Positions 1 to 11,724 of a stretch of DNA of 64,000 bases are shown here, piece by piece. Every line of letters starts with the position of its first letter. Positions within the stretch are counted from its first letter, which is position 1. The stretch comes from Glaucostegus cemiculus (Eukaryota): the NCBI GenBank assembly GCA_976551045.1, contig CDPCPM010000017.1, positions 4,278,001 through 4,342,000 of the forward strand, in the 5' to 3' direction. Made by a program: the position numbers and the translations under genes. The notes beneath the pieces are model-generated. The model did no database searches and had not been told where the DNA came from. It saw only the letters and a list, made by a program, of their open reading frames with translations.

Positions 1-1099
1 CTATAGCTCTGACACACACTAACCAAGACATAAAGCAAGATATCCAAACACCATACTCAGCATTTCTCTGAGGTCTTTGCTATTTGACAGCAAAATTGAA
101 TATTGTGATGTAATCAAGAGAATAACAGCTCAAGTCAATCTCTAGGTTCCATTTCATAGCTGCATGACCTGCAAATATCGGGCTTCAATGCAAACATGAT
201 ATGCTGCAGTTTGAGTTGCTAAGGGTGAATTTAATAGAGGCAAGAAAAAATATAAAATGGCCGGAAAAGAATCTCCTATTATCATCCTTTCTGGATGCAA
301 AGGCACAAGTACAAAACAGTAACAAGTCTTTCAGCATCGGTGCACCAGTGTACAATGTCACAGCCAAATAAGTTAGTATTGTTTTAGAGGTGCCATTGTG
401 AATGATCCCAAAACTCAAAAGAATCACCAGGAGCTGTTGTTGTATCACTGAATTAAGAAGTTTGGATTGGTGCTGGTAATGGTCAAGGCAGGATTGAGGG
501 ATGAGAGAGGGGAGGTAAAGCCTCATCCACGAGTTCAGATGATTATCCAGTAAGTGCTAATGGGAAGAGTGTATGTGTGAACAATCACTGAGGAAAAGGA
601 TTGGTTGCAAAGATTCCTTGCCAAGTCACTGACAAGGTCCATAATGAAATAACACCTGATATATAACAGAATAAAAGTATATCCAGCAAGAGAACGTGTA
701 GGTTGGAGACCAAAGGAGAGAACAATAGGAAAACTGGGGGAAGGAGATCTCCATGTTTAAGATATCATTACTACTTAAGTATAGTAGTTTCCTAATATCA
801 TTACTGTGCAAAACCATTTAATGTTTCAACATCTGAAATACACTAAAGTGTAAAGAACAATAATCTATATTAAGAATGCAATATTTTTAAAAATTTTTTG
901 CAAACCAACTCCTTGTACACAAGCAGCACCATAATAATATAGAATAAAACTGTATACCTTACCCGAGATTGTAAAATGTGGTAGTCTTTCACTCACACAA
1001 AAGAACATCAAAGCTTGCTCATGCCCCAGGTCTTCCACCACATAAAGCTGTCTTTGCTGTGCTAGCCTGTATTGTTTTGGAAGGGATGACTTCTAGAGA

Positions 1100-4000
1100 A
1101 CATGTTATTTTACACAGTATTTATTTTAATTAACTCAGATTTACAAGTCAAAGTCAGTAGAAATATGCACACAATAGTCTCAATCTATTTCATTCATAAA
1201 AGGTTTTAAAAAATTAAAATCTACCTCAGCTTCAAAAAAATATTTCTCATTGATGTGGACTTAAAGCAGCTGTAAAGCTGAATGATTACAGATTAATTTT
1301 TTATGTGGCCCAATGACTATATTATTGGTATACTGCATACACTGATAGTTTCAGATCAGACATTGTCAATATAACCCGTACACTTCATTGAAAATAACCA
1401 GTCAGGACATAGCTGAATCAGAGCCTGGAAATTCATCTTTAATTTGTTTTTTTGGTTGAAGGGGAAGGTAAAGTGATTAATACATTGAGCAGATTGCACT
1501 GGGCAAGAAACTATTCTTTTAAGTAACAATATTTTATAAACCCAAATTCTAGATAATGATTATGACGGTAAACAGGCAAATGAACAGTAAATCAGAAGAT
1601 TGAATCGTTGTATCCCACTGAGTAGGGATGTCATAATATTGTTTTTGATGGTACAATATTCAACTTCAAATTAATTATCCTCTAGATAGGAAAATTGGAA
1701 TAAGTCTGGTCAAAGCTACCATTTCATTAGAAATATAACCCATCACAATTGACAGTATGGCATTTTCTTTCATATTATTACAACATGGTGAATTATCATG
1801 GTCTCTATGTTGTCCTTCTGGAAGAAAATAAATAAATCCTCATATTCATAATGTGTTCATGAATCACAATATATTGGTGCATCAAAGTATTATGACATCC
1901 CTAAACAGGAAATGAACAAGCCTGACAACATAATTGTTTTCAAAATGATATCACTTATAAATGACAATAGCAGTACTACAACTATTCAAACTTGAAAGCC
2001 CTGGACCTTCTGGTACACAGGCTGCAGAACCTCTTTTCACTTTTAAGATCAATGTACCTGTTAAGGCAATTTGTGCTGAATTTTAAAGTGCATTTTTACG
2101 CTAAATGACAGCTTGACAGTACTTAGGAATTAAGTTTTTTGTTCTCTAGTTCAATACCCAATATTTTCATAACAAACAAGGTGTTAATCAGTAATGTGCA
2201 AAGCCTCCAATATGCCACCTTGACCGCACCGAAGAAGCCTTGACTTCATGTGGTGCAAATCTGACTTTTTACAGGTTTGATTAAAGAGAATAAAAAACCT
2301 GTTATGTCCTTGTATGTACAAAATATCAGATCAAGGCTGAAAATATATTCAATTTGTAATCCTAACAACACTTAAAACTGAAGCCCTCCATCATTTATTG
2401 CTGAGCTGAAATGAAATGTGCTCATCAGCAATAGATTGTGCAGCATCACAGTCACACTTTTGTCCCCCACTCTCTCTTTCTTACTCATTTTTTTGATCAA
2501 ATGAATGCAAATTTTACCTCAGATACAAATGACAGAGTTCCTCATTTTAATCATGTCACTTTAATGTATATTATTCAGTGCAAACCACTTTAAACTGGGC
2601 AAAATAACTTAACAAAACATTACACCAAGACAGCAGTCCTCATTATATTGAATTGCTTCATTTTTGCTAATATTATTAATGATTCTATTATAAAAAGAGA
2701 AGAGGCTCTTTCATGACTTTGTTCACAACCAGCCACCTTGTGTACATTCAGGCCTATGTACAATACCTATGCCAAGCTGGCCCAGGAGAAGGAATATCTA
2801 CCAAAACTGTATAACCAGAAAGACATGCCTATATTACATCAGCTTTTCTCTCCAGCCATATCTTGTACTTAGCTGTTTTGGTTAATAAATAAACATCACC
2901 AAACCCTAACCCATCCCCCTGGTTTTCAGAACCTTCATTATCAAAAAACTGCATGCAGCACACTTCTCAGTCACATGCAGATAAATGTTAACCTAAGGTG
3001 CAATTTCCCAAAAACTAGAAACTCAATTGCTAAAGTAAGCATGAGCTGCCAGAAGCCACATAGATTTTATCAAAGCAGTTCTGCAGCATTGGATCATTTA
3101 TTGCTGTTTATTAAGTGCAGTTTTTAAAGTCATTTAACACAGGGGAAAATTTTGTCCTACCTCAAGGTTTATGTGATGTGGAAGGGTCGGGATAACCAGA
3201 GTATGGGTGGTTTATATATTCTAAATGAAGAAGTTAATGCCCTGTTGCCAACAGCAAACGCAGTTCATCAAGAGTTATTCAAAATTCCTCTGCATAACTT
3301 TCAATTATACTCTCAGTTCAGTTGTATCAACTAATTCAGTCATATGAACTTGGAGTAGCTTCACACTTCGCCAAATCCTTTTCCTCTGCATTCCTGAGAT
3401 TTTCAAGAAAGTACAATTTATAATCAACCCATCATTCCTTTCGGAATTTAATTGTGTTTTCATCCAGTTGTTTCAGTCAGTATCATCCTAGGACAGCAAA
3501 CGGTATCTTGCAAATAAACACAATCATATCCAGGTAGGTTCCTCTGCTCAAGACTTTCACGATGTTAATTGCAAAAATGTAACGCTTGTTTCTCCGGGTC
3601 TTTGGGAAATTGCCATATAGTTCTCCAAATATTGATGTAATTGTTTCATGATATCTTTGAGAGCTTCTGGCCTTAAGTAGCGTGTCAGAGTGAGCTGTGA
3701 CAAGTTTCTGCATTACAACTAAGCTACGGAGAGTAACAGGCTAAACTAGAGATATTGGCAACATATGTAAGCACTGAAGCTGACTTGAAAATGCAGCTCC
3801 AGAAAAGATGATAAGAAAGTAAATTGAGGAAAAACTTCTACTTAAATCATTGTTTGTGTGAACTCAGAAGAACCAAAAAAAAAGAAACCCCTCAGCCTGG
3901 AGCCACACAATGAAACAGTCCTTGCATCAATCTAAACTGAGGTAGTCTGCTGAGGAAACTTCATTCTCCTTTTTGGTACATTGCAGATTATGCAGGTGGG

Positions 4001-5762
4001 CAGAAAAGAGATGAAGGTAACATGCTTTAGTGTTTTAGTGTAACAATTTGTTCAAATCTTTATTTGCTGGGGACATCAGAGGTTCCAAAAATACTTTTGC
4101 AGCTCCTGTTCAGCTGCAGTGTCCATTTGCTGAGGAGGTGTGTTTTCCTCCCATCTCTCTCACCAGTTGGTTTAAATCTTCAGAACTATCTGAAAATGCC
4201 ATTCCACAAACTTATCAAGATAACTGTCCATTGGCCCTCACAGGTAAAACAATTCTGCCCCAGACTGTCAAACAGAAATGAGGTGGTATATTTTCACTGT
4301 GCAACAGGTTAAAAAGATTTCTGTGGACGTCATCTCATTCAGTCGTTCTTTGTACATGGAGGCACTTCCAGCAGTCCAGGAGTGTAAGGATTTAAAAGGC
4401 ACTAGCAACTAACTAAGTAATTTACTGAGTTTCTGCCGTAAAGAATAGGGAAGCCAAAACTTAAAGTACTTTATCAATGAGGATAAATTAGGAAATGAAT
4501 GGCTTGGATGCATCATTTACATATATTTTACATTTACATTCTGTTAAAATGCACAAAAGGCATGCTTTCTTATCAGTGTGATTAGTTCCACTTTAAATTA
4601 AATTGTGTCATATACATTATCTAACCTGTTTTCACTTTTCAGATAACCCGGAAGTAACTGAGCTATGTTGCACCATATTTTGAGCATTGTTAGGACATGA
4701 ACCAACTCATTTCCCTGAAATTCTGCAGGAAAATCATCGGGTCCCTCAATATCCAATCCTTACAGTTCAAATCACTTTTGTAACCTAACGTCATGCATAA
4801 GTTATAGTGGGTTACATGTTACCATTCCCGAAGAGGGCATAATGTTAAGTAGTTAAACATGCTATGATCTAAAGTTACTCTACCCCATACAAGTTAACAT
4901 TCAGGCCATGAGTGCTTGGAAATAATAAATTAAATAATAAGCCATTGCACTTTTGGTGAAAGCAAATGAGTACTAACTCTCCAGAAATATAATTTAAAAC
5001 GCAGACTTGTTTCCTGTTATTTGAGGTAATGTTCGAGGCATGCCAGACAAAAGTGAATGATGAATATCAAGGCATGCTATTGTTTTAGGGGTTTGGATCT
5101 TGAATTATGCTTCTCACGTCCAATCGGAAATGGGCTTTTTGAACGTTCAGTCCTGGAAGGATATGAATTGCGATATCTGAAAATTGCAACGCTGCAGATG
5201 TTTTCAACGGACTCGTTGTCACATCAGAAAGTGGAGGCAAAAGCAGTCACTTGATTTCCTCAATAAAGGGCGGCGATGTACTTTTAGCAGGTCTAAACAA
5301 TCACCTTTCGCAATGAAAAATTCATCAGTGGGTGGAAAGCCGCAGACGCTTGCACGTTTCACCAGAACTCGGGGATCTGGTGCTTTTGGACGTTCGCTAT
5401 CTTTGTTTGGATGCACGGCGCAGTTTGCAGAATTGTCCCGTAACACATGCACTGGTATTTGTAAATGAACTGTTTAAAAACTTCCATTCGACGTTGGCGA
5501 GCAGGTATCAGACCAAGTGTTCTGTTTAAAGAATATACCTACAGTTGCTCACGTGAATTGATCTGGAAAAAGATCTCCCTCGTTACGCAGTTGGAGAAAG
5601 AAAGCCATTTAAAAATAAATGAAAATATACCTTCCATGTAATTCTGAAAGCTTATTTCGCTTAGCATAACTGCAATGCAACAACGCATTAACGAGGTCAA
5701 CAAAGCCAATACAAGGAACAGTATCTGGAAAGCGTGGCTTCAGCCACCGAGCCCGCAGATGT
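1100..5762 (-). other. KCNA1: Long 3' UTR of KCNA1 with candidate distal poly(A) signal AATAAA at 1120-1125
   Basis: AT-rich and free of recognisable repeats, unlike the rest of the window. Minus-strand ...aattaaAATAAAtactgtgtaaaataacatg at 1125-1120. Alternative AATAAA at 2394-2399 and 3097-3102. Confidence 0.55.
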
Positions 5763-7235
5763 TTAAACATCTGTCAGCAGTTTGCTTTTGTTCACACAGT
5801 TTTGATTCGCTACAGTGCAGTTGCCAGTTCTGAGGTTTGCTTCTCTGAAATTGTCTATGCTGTTGTTCACGTCTTCTTCGATCTCCATGTACTCCGACTT
5901 GCTGATGGTGGAGGAGCTGCGGCTTCGCAGGTCGCTGTCCGAGGCGATGTTCGGGCAGCTAACGTGCAGGTACTGAGCTTGCTCCTCCCCCTCGGTCTCC
6001 CGGTGGTAGAAGTAGTTGAAGTTGGACACAATGACGGGCACGGGCAGCGCGATGGTCAGGACCCCGGCGATGGCGCACAGGGATCCCACGATCTTGCCTC
6101 CGATGGTGACCGGGTACATGTCCCCGTAACCCACGGTGGTCATGGACACCACAGCCCACCAGAAAGAGTCCGGGATGCTGGTGAAGAAGGACTCCGGGTC
6201 GTCGGCTTCTGCGAAGAACACGGCGCTGGAGAACAAAATGACTCCGATGAAGAGGAAAAAGATGAGCAGTCCCAGCTCCCTCATACTGGCCTTGAGAGTC
6301 TGGCCCAGGATCTGGAGGCCTTTCGAGTGCCGGGACAGCTTAAAGATCCGGAAGACTCGGACGAGTCGGATGACTCGCAGGATGGCCAGCGAGGTGGCCT
6401 GCTCCCCGCTCACGTTGCCCTCTTCCTCCTCGGCCAGCTCAGTGCCCAGAGTGATGAAGTAGGGGATGATGGCCACGATGTCAATGAAGTTCATGATGTT
6501 CTTGAAGAAGTCCGCTTTGCTGGGGCAGGCGAAGAAGCGGACGATGAGCTCGAAGGAGAACCAGATGATGCACAGGGTCTCCACGATGAAGAAGGGGTCG
6601 GTCAGAATGTTGGACTTGTAGGGCATGGTGGCGTTGCCCACCTGCATGATGCGCTTCCTGTCGTCTTTCAGCTGCGGCAGGGTCTCCAGGCAGAAGATGA
6701 CGATGGAGATGAGGATGACCATCACCGAGACGATGGCGATGCCCCGGGCCGGTCCCGAACTCTCCGGGTGCTCGAACAGCAGCCACACTTGCCTCTGGTA
6801 CTCGTTCTCGGGCAAGGGTCGCTCCTCTTCCCGGATGAAGCCTTCGTCCTCGCGGAATTTCTCCATCGCCTCTTCGCCCAGCTCGTAGAACTTGATCTCC
6901 TCCGAGAACATCTCCAGCGGCACGTTGACGGGTCTGCGGAGCCGGCCGCCCGACTGGTAGTAGTAGAGGATGGCATCGAAGCTGGGGCGATTCCTGTCGA
7001 AGAAATACTCGTTGCGCAAAGGGTCGAAGTAGCGCATCCTCTTCTTGGGGTTGCCCAGCAGCGTGTTGGGGAACTGGGCGAGGGTCTTCAGCTGCGTCTC
7101 GAACCTCAGCCCCGAGATGTTGATGACCACCCGCTCGCAGCACTCGTGGTCATCGTTGTCCGGCGGGTAGCTGTCCTGAGGGTGGCCGGGCAGCGCCGAC
7201 GCTTCGTCCAAGTTGTCGCCGGCGATCACGGTCAT
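5763..7235 (-). CDS. KCNA1: Voltage-gated potassium channel Kv1.1 (Shaker family), 490 aa, single coding exon
   Basis: T1 domain ([39 protein letters not shown]), S4 ([23 protein letters not shown]), TVGYG filter and PVP hinge. Kv1.1-specific features: N-terminus MTV..G.N.DEASA.PGHPQD, pore [12 protein letters not shown]-terminus [14 protein letters not shown] with PDZ ligand. ATG context gccaggATG. Confidence 0.97.
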   Translation of the reverse strand: MTVIAGDNLDEASALPGHPQDSYPPDNDDHECCERVVINISGLRFETQLKTLAQFPNTLLGNPKKRMRYFDPLRNEYFFDRNRPSFDAILYYYQSGGRLRRPVNVPLEMFSEEIKFYELGEEAMEKFREDEGFIREEERPLPENEYQRQVWLLFEHPESSGPARGIAIVSVMVILISIVIFCLETLPQLKDDRKRIMQVGNATMPYKSNILTDPFFIVETLCIIWFSFELIVRFFACPSKADFFKNIMNFIDIVAIIPYFITLGTELAEEEEGNVSGEQATSLAILRVIRLVRVFRIFKLSRHSKGLQILGQTLKASMRELGLLIFFLFIGVILFSSAVFFAEADDPESFFTSIPDSFWWAVVSMTTVGYGDMYPVTIGGKIVGSLCAIAGVLTIALPVPVIVSNFNYFYHRETEGEEQAQYLHVSCPNIASDSDLRSRSSSTISKSEYMEIEEDVNNSIDNFREANLRTGNCTVANQNCVNKSKLLTDV

Positions 7236-7253
7236 CCTGGCGGCCGGCTTGCT

Positions 7254-7331
7254 TTAGACAGGCGCGCCGAGGCGATGGCAGGCTGTGGCTGGCTCCGATT
7301 CACTGGCTGCTGCTCCCCCGCGATCGGACAT
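7254..7331 (-). other. uORF (25 aa, MSDRGGAAASESEPATACHRLGAPV), in frame with the main ORF, stopping 18 nt before it
   Basis: ATG at 7331-7329 in weak context, TAA at 7256-7254. Translated by hand. Confidence 0.5.
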
Positions 7332-7428
7332 TCGGAGGCAGGGCTCTGTGGGGAGTGGGAGGGGGAAGGAGGGGGTGGTGGAGGATGGGGGTGGCGGGGT
7401 GGCTGGTGGGCAGAAGGGTTTGACCGGG

Positions 7429-7467
7429 CTAAAGGATCGCTCTGGGCTTTTGACCTGACTTGAACAT
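7429..7467 (-). other. uORF (12 aa, MFKSGQKPRAIL) in the exon-2 5' UTR
   Basis: ATG at 7467 with A at -3, TAG at 7431-7429. Confidence 0.45.
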
Positions 7468-7548
7468 TGTGGGGCTCAATCGTTTCCAAGTGATCTTGGC
7501 AGTTCAGCAAATTCCGTGGCGCTTCCCCCTCACCTCGGGAGCGAGGTG

Positions 7549-7837
7549 CTGCGGAACACAAACGTTAACATAAAACAGAACTCAGCTTGACATAAATGGG
7601 CAAAAATAATATCTTTTAAAAAAAATAGGTAGAGAGAGGGGGAGTCTATGCGAGCGCGGCTCATGCAGCGCTACAGAGTTCTCGGGCAGCCCCGATCTCA
7701 CATCTTCGCATTAGGCAGTGAGTGGCTTTCGCTATAGAGAGAAAAAAAAACAGCTGCAGTACTGGGATAGGAGGGGAGGAGGAGGAACTCTGCAACCGCA
7801 GGGCTCACTTGGAGTGTGGGGGGAAACAAACCCTTAC
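7549..7837 (-). other. KCNA1: Probable 5'-UTR intron of KCNA1 (289 bp)
   Basis: Minus-strand donor CAG|GTAAGG at 7838/7837 and acceptor ttctgttttatgttaacgtttgtgttccgcAG at 7550-7549. Mammalian KCNA1 has the same layout of a non-coding exon 1 plus a coding exon 2. The 5' end of exon 1 cannot be fixed from sequence. Confidence 0.75.
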
Positions 7838-8114
7838 CTGACAAGTCAAAGAGGACGGGATGAAGTGCAGGAATGCGACCAAGGCTGGGAACGATGCAAA
7901 GCTCTCCTCCCGGGTACCTTCTACCCCTCTTTAATGTGGATATCGGTTTACAGCTTTCCGTGCATGAGATCTGTTGAAATATTAATAACCTATATTACAT
8001 TGGACCGACACTATTTACAACTCATCTGTTCCTAACGTTCGCTGCAGCAGGAAGCGACTGGGTTATGACTGAAAAGTCGCCCAGCGAGGATTTAAAACAA
8101 CAGTTAAAGTGCAC

Positions 8115-8133
8115 AGAGAGAGAGAGAGAGAGA
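8115..8133 (+). repeat. (AG)n microsatellite
   Basis: agagagagagagagagaga. Confidence 0.9.
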
Positions 8134-9419
8134 AAATCATTAGACTACGCACATGGGCTTCATGGCAGGTAACGGAAAACAATCCCTTGGTCCAGTATGC
8201 TGGCCCCTTGTTGAAACATCATGTGGTGCAGTGAGGAGGACTGAATGCATTAAAGCCAACCGATCTAGTCATCCCTTAACATTGCAGCATCAGCAAAAAA
8301 AAAACAGAAGTGCTTTGTGGAGTGTAACCAGGGCACCATCCTACGGACAGTAATCTAACAGCTAGAGCAAAGCAGGATCCACATTGCGGCGAAGACTGCC
8401 GCTTCCTAAAACACATCTCCTTCTATTTCTCACATAGGAAATCGAGATATATTAGACGCAGTGCAGGCTGCCTGGTTAGATCCTCACTGCACACGACGCC
8501 GAGCACACTCGCAAAAATCCGCATCATAAACATCAAAACTGCTGCATCATTTAGTTAGATTTTACGACAATGTTCTTTTGACTGCAACGCACTGTGGCAA
8601 ACCTTCGAACCCAATCACTGCATCGCGAGTTCAGACCGCAGGTACCATATTACTGTACGAAAAGGAAAAATAAGGGCCATTTACTGTTCGAGATATTCTA
8701 GGCAGTAGCACGATAGCTCACATTAATTGTGAAGTTACACGGATGTACCGTCTTTCCTATGTTTAATACAAAGCCCCGCCTATTATTTTGTAAGATTAGT
8801 AACACAGATGACTAGATCCATTACTTTTAAACTAAAACAAAATCTTACGTGTTTTACATAATTTGGGTAAGACCACTAGGAGAAGGCTGACTGCGTTTTA
8901 ACCGAAGCATAGGCAGCTCGAGAAGTGGGATTTCTTTCATGCATTAATATGTTTTGGAAATTAAAAAAAGCTTATGCTTTTGCATTTTGATCTCACAAAC
9001 TTTAATAAACCCGCAGTTTGTCTTAAAAAAAAATGCAACGACAAATGAGAGATTCCTGCAATTTGCTGAGCTGCAGCTTGAAAACAGAACAGGCAACATC
9101 TATTTAAACCTCGAATGGTTAAGGAAATCGATCACACCTGACAACATTCTGACACAATTAACAGGGAAAGACCTGTTACTGGGCTCAGCAGTTAAACGCT
9201 TCACCACTTATGTAACTTGCCTGCTGACAATCAACGTTACAGAAGTGACTGCCCTTTATCCCATTGCCCTAATATTGGGGTTCGCCATCTCCTACACCGT
9301 ACAGCTTTGCAGAGTACCTGCCAATTAGCTATTATATTAATTCCAAATACTCTCAACAGCAAAACGAAAGTCATAAACTGTGCCACAACCAGCAGCACAT
9401 GAGCCTGTGGGACCTATGC

Positions 9420-9805
9420 CCAGCGGATTTGGTTAACTCTGGGGATTCCCCAGGTCTCCGCCACTCCCCTCCCCCAACCCAACCCCCACAGGTTATTAAA
9501 AAGAAATAATTCTCAGATGGCTATCGAAAGTAACCCGGAGCGACGGGTCATGAAGCGGCAACAGCTATTTTCCTCCCATTTTCTTTGAATTTTTGGGGGG
9601 GATCTGGTGGTGAAGCATTGGCCGAGGCAAAGATGGCTGTTTGACGGACAGTAAAGAATCTTCCAATGGGATAATGAGGAGACTGTTTACTGTCCAATTA
9701 GCAATGGAAGGAGGCAGCCAATAACGAGGGCCGGGAGGCGGGCTATTGGAAGCGGGAGATAATGTGCTAGCAACTCCAGGATTTTACCCGGGCTCAGTTG
9801 GCAAC
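9420..9805 (+). mobile_element. Probable non-autonomous DNA-transposon (MITE) relic carrying CCAAT and GC boxes
   Basis: Ends in ...agttggcaac, which resembles the GGGTTGCCAAC-type terminal repeat. Interior (ggctgtttgacggacagtaaagaatcttccaat...) resembles a recalled elasmobranch repeat. Contains three CCAAT, two ATTGG and gggaggcggg. Confidence 0.45.
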
Positions 9806-9949
9806 GGCAGGAACCCCAGCAGGTGACAGACCTCTTTTGTTCCATAGTTCTGTCTGAAATTCCCAGTAATACCAAGTTGTACGCACAATATTATGGAATT
9901 ATACAAATGAATGGCACACTTTAAAAAAAAATCTGCTGCATAGCGTACA

Positions 9950-10200
9950 GTGGTGATACGGTGGGTTCAGCGGTTAAATTACCAGTCTAACAATCCAGAG
10001 ATTTGAGTTTAAATGGCCGCAATGGAATTAAAAATCAGATAATAATCTGCTTATTTAAACAATATCCTAGTCATTGGTGGTAATGGTGTCGTGGTAAACG
10101 AAAACCCTCGTGATGAACAAGGGAAAAAATCCTATGTGATTCTGGACCTGCCAGAAGAATGCCCACTGAAATGGCCTAGCAACTGTTCAGGTCAAGGGAA
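9950..10200 (+). mobile_element. Decayed SINE-like repeat; related copy on the minus strand at ~33370-33630
   Basis: tRNA-like head and ctgaaatggcctagcaa... tail; similar in reverse to 33430-33630. Confidence 0.4.
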
Positions 10201-10269
10201 GTTGGAGTTTGTAATATATGCTAGGCAAAAAAAAAAGCCTACTTCCCAGTTCTTGGTCATTATATTTTT

Positions 10270-11190
10270 AAAATACAATGAGTTTTTCTGTTTTTCATTC
10301 CAAGCAATGAGTTCCAAACCTCCGCTCCCACCAAAGTTCCTGTAATTCTTTCACCACTTAACCTTAAACCAGTGCTCGCCAGTTGCCAGAGCAACAGGTC
10401 CCTCCTGTTCACTTTATCTAGGCCTCATTATTATATACAGATGCATCACAGACAAGATAATTCCAGTCTAAACAATCATTCTTCATATCCAAAATTCCCA
10501 AGACCAAGCAACATTCTCATACATCTCTTTGGAAGCCAGTTATTGCCAGGTCATACAGTGGTAAACAAAACTGTATGCATTACTGTGGCCTGTCTATTGT
10601 TGGTTATATTTTGAGCATAACTTTCTTTGCTTTTATATTCTTTGCCTCAGCCAATAAAGGAATATGTCCTGCGTGCCTTATCTACCTGTCCTGGTAAAGT
10701 CCAGGGGCCTGTGGACCAATACATTGTTCCTTTGCTTTTCTCAGCTGTTACCATTAATTGTGCATTCCCTTCCTTTATTTCACATCCACAAATGCATGAC
10801 CTCATACAACTCAGAACTGAACTCAGTCTGCCAATTTTCTGCCAACTTGATAAGCCTCTTGATATCTTTCTGCAGTCTATAGGTCGCACTCAATTAACCA
10901 CACTCCAACTGTTGTATCATTGCAAATTGTATCATTGCAACCTTTTTATATCATGGTTCCTGTTATTAAGTCTAAATCATCTATATATACCACAAAAAGT
11001 AAAGGAGTTAGTGCTAATCCTGCAGAATTCCACCATTAACAGCCTTCCAATCTTTAAAATGCTTCTCAACCATCAGCATTTGCCTCCTGCCACTAAGCTA
11101 ACTTTGGATCTCTGGGTCCCTGTGACCTTTTACTTTTCTGAGCGCATTGTCACATTTGACCTTGTGAAACTTTGTTAAAACCCACATAGA
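10270..11190 (-). mobile_element. CR1-clade LINE fragment (RT C-terminal region and 3' part)
   Basis: Reverse strand shows a degenerate FADDT motif (~10915-10940) and W...WQ..LS...C.VMH-like sequence. Confidence 0.7.
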
Positions 11191-11650
11191 CGAGAAAGAA
11201 AGAAAGATTCATATTTATGTAGCATCTAATGCATCCCTTTCTGGACATCCATAATTGGTTTACAGCCAAGAAGTACATTTAAAGTGCAATTTTTGGAGGG
11301 ATATAGGAAATATGGTATCCAATTTATGAACAGGAAGGGTCCTCAAACAGTGCTATGGTAACAACCAAATAATCTATTTAGTAATATTCATTGAGAATAT
11401 TGACCACATTGCTGAGGATAACTTACACTACTTCTCTTCTGAATGATGCATTGTGGTCCTTTAGGTCCTTTAAAGCAGATAAGATTTCAGTTTAAAAATC
11501 TGCATGAAAGCACCTCTGATACCGTTGCACTCCCCCAGTACTGCACTGAAATGTTTACATCCCTGGATTGTGCCCTGAAGACAAAACACATTGACTTGGG
11601 GAAAAGAGTGCTACGAATCAAGACAAAACTGACAGACAAATGTGCCCAGC
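11190..11650 (-). mobile_element. Deu-domain SINE (SacSINE1/AmnSINE1-like)
   Basis: Reverse strand carries cagtgcagtactggggagtgcaac...gaggtgctttc and the tail tgctacataaatatgaatctttctttc. Confidence 0.65.
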
Positions 11651-11724
11651 TCATCAATCTTCCCTGTTGCCCTCTCAAAAAAAAATCAAGAGATTATATT
11701 GTTCTAAAAGATACAACATATCAA

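Larger units (their letters stand above)
5880..7720. promoter_or_regulatory. CpG island over the KCNA1 coding exon and 5' UTR; CpG-retaining promoter zone extends to ~9.8 kb
   Basis: Visibly high GC, GC3 and CpG density against the CpG-depleted AT-rich background. Confidence 0.85.

Noticed and set aside
150-700. Possible Penelope RT/GIY-YIG relic (LSFLD-like word)
   Set aside because: Too degenerate to support by eye.
5802-7463. 553-aa plus-strand ORF antisense to KCNA1, and other overlapping ORFs of 66-220 aa
   Set aside because: A shadow of the GC3-rich sense CDS, which avoids antisense stops. It has no ATG start at the given position and no recognisable domain. A non-coding antisense RNA cannot be excluded, but nothing in the sequence supports one.
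7232-7561. 109-aa proline-rich minus-strand ORF upstream of KCNA1
   Set aside because: Non-ATG start inside the predicted intron, out of frame with the CDS, and just a translation of the C-rich UTR.
10627-11178. 183-aa plus-strand ORF and the many other 60-145 aa ORFs in the track
   Set aside because: Antisense or off-frame readings of decayed LINEs or random sequence, with no domain or splice support.
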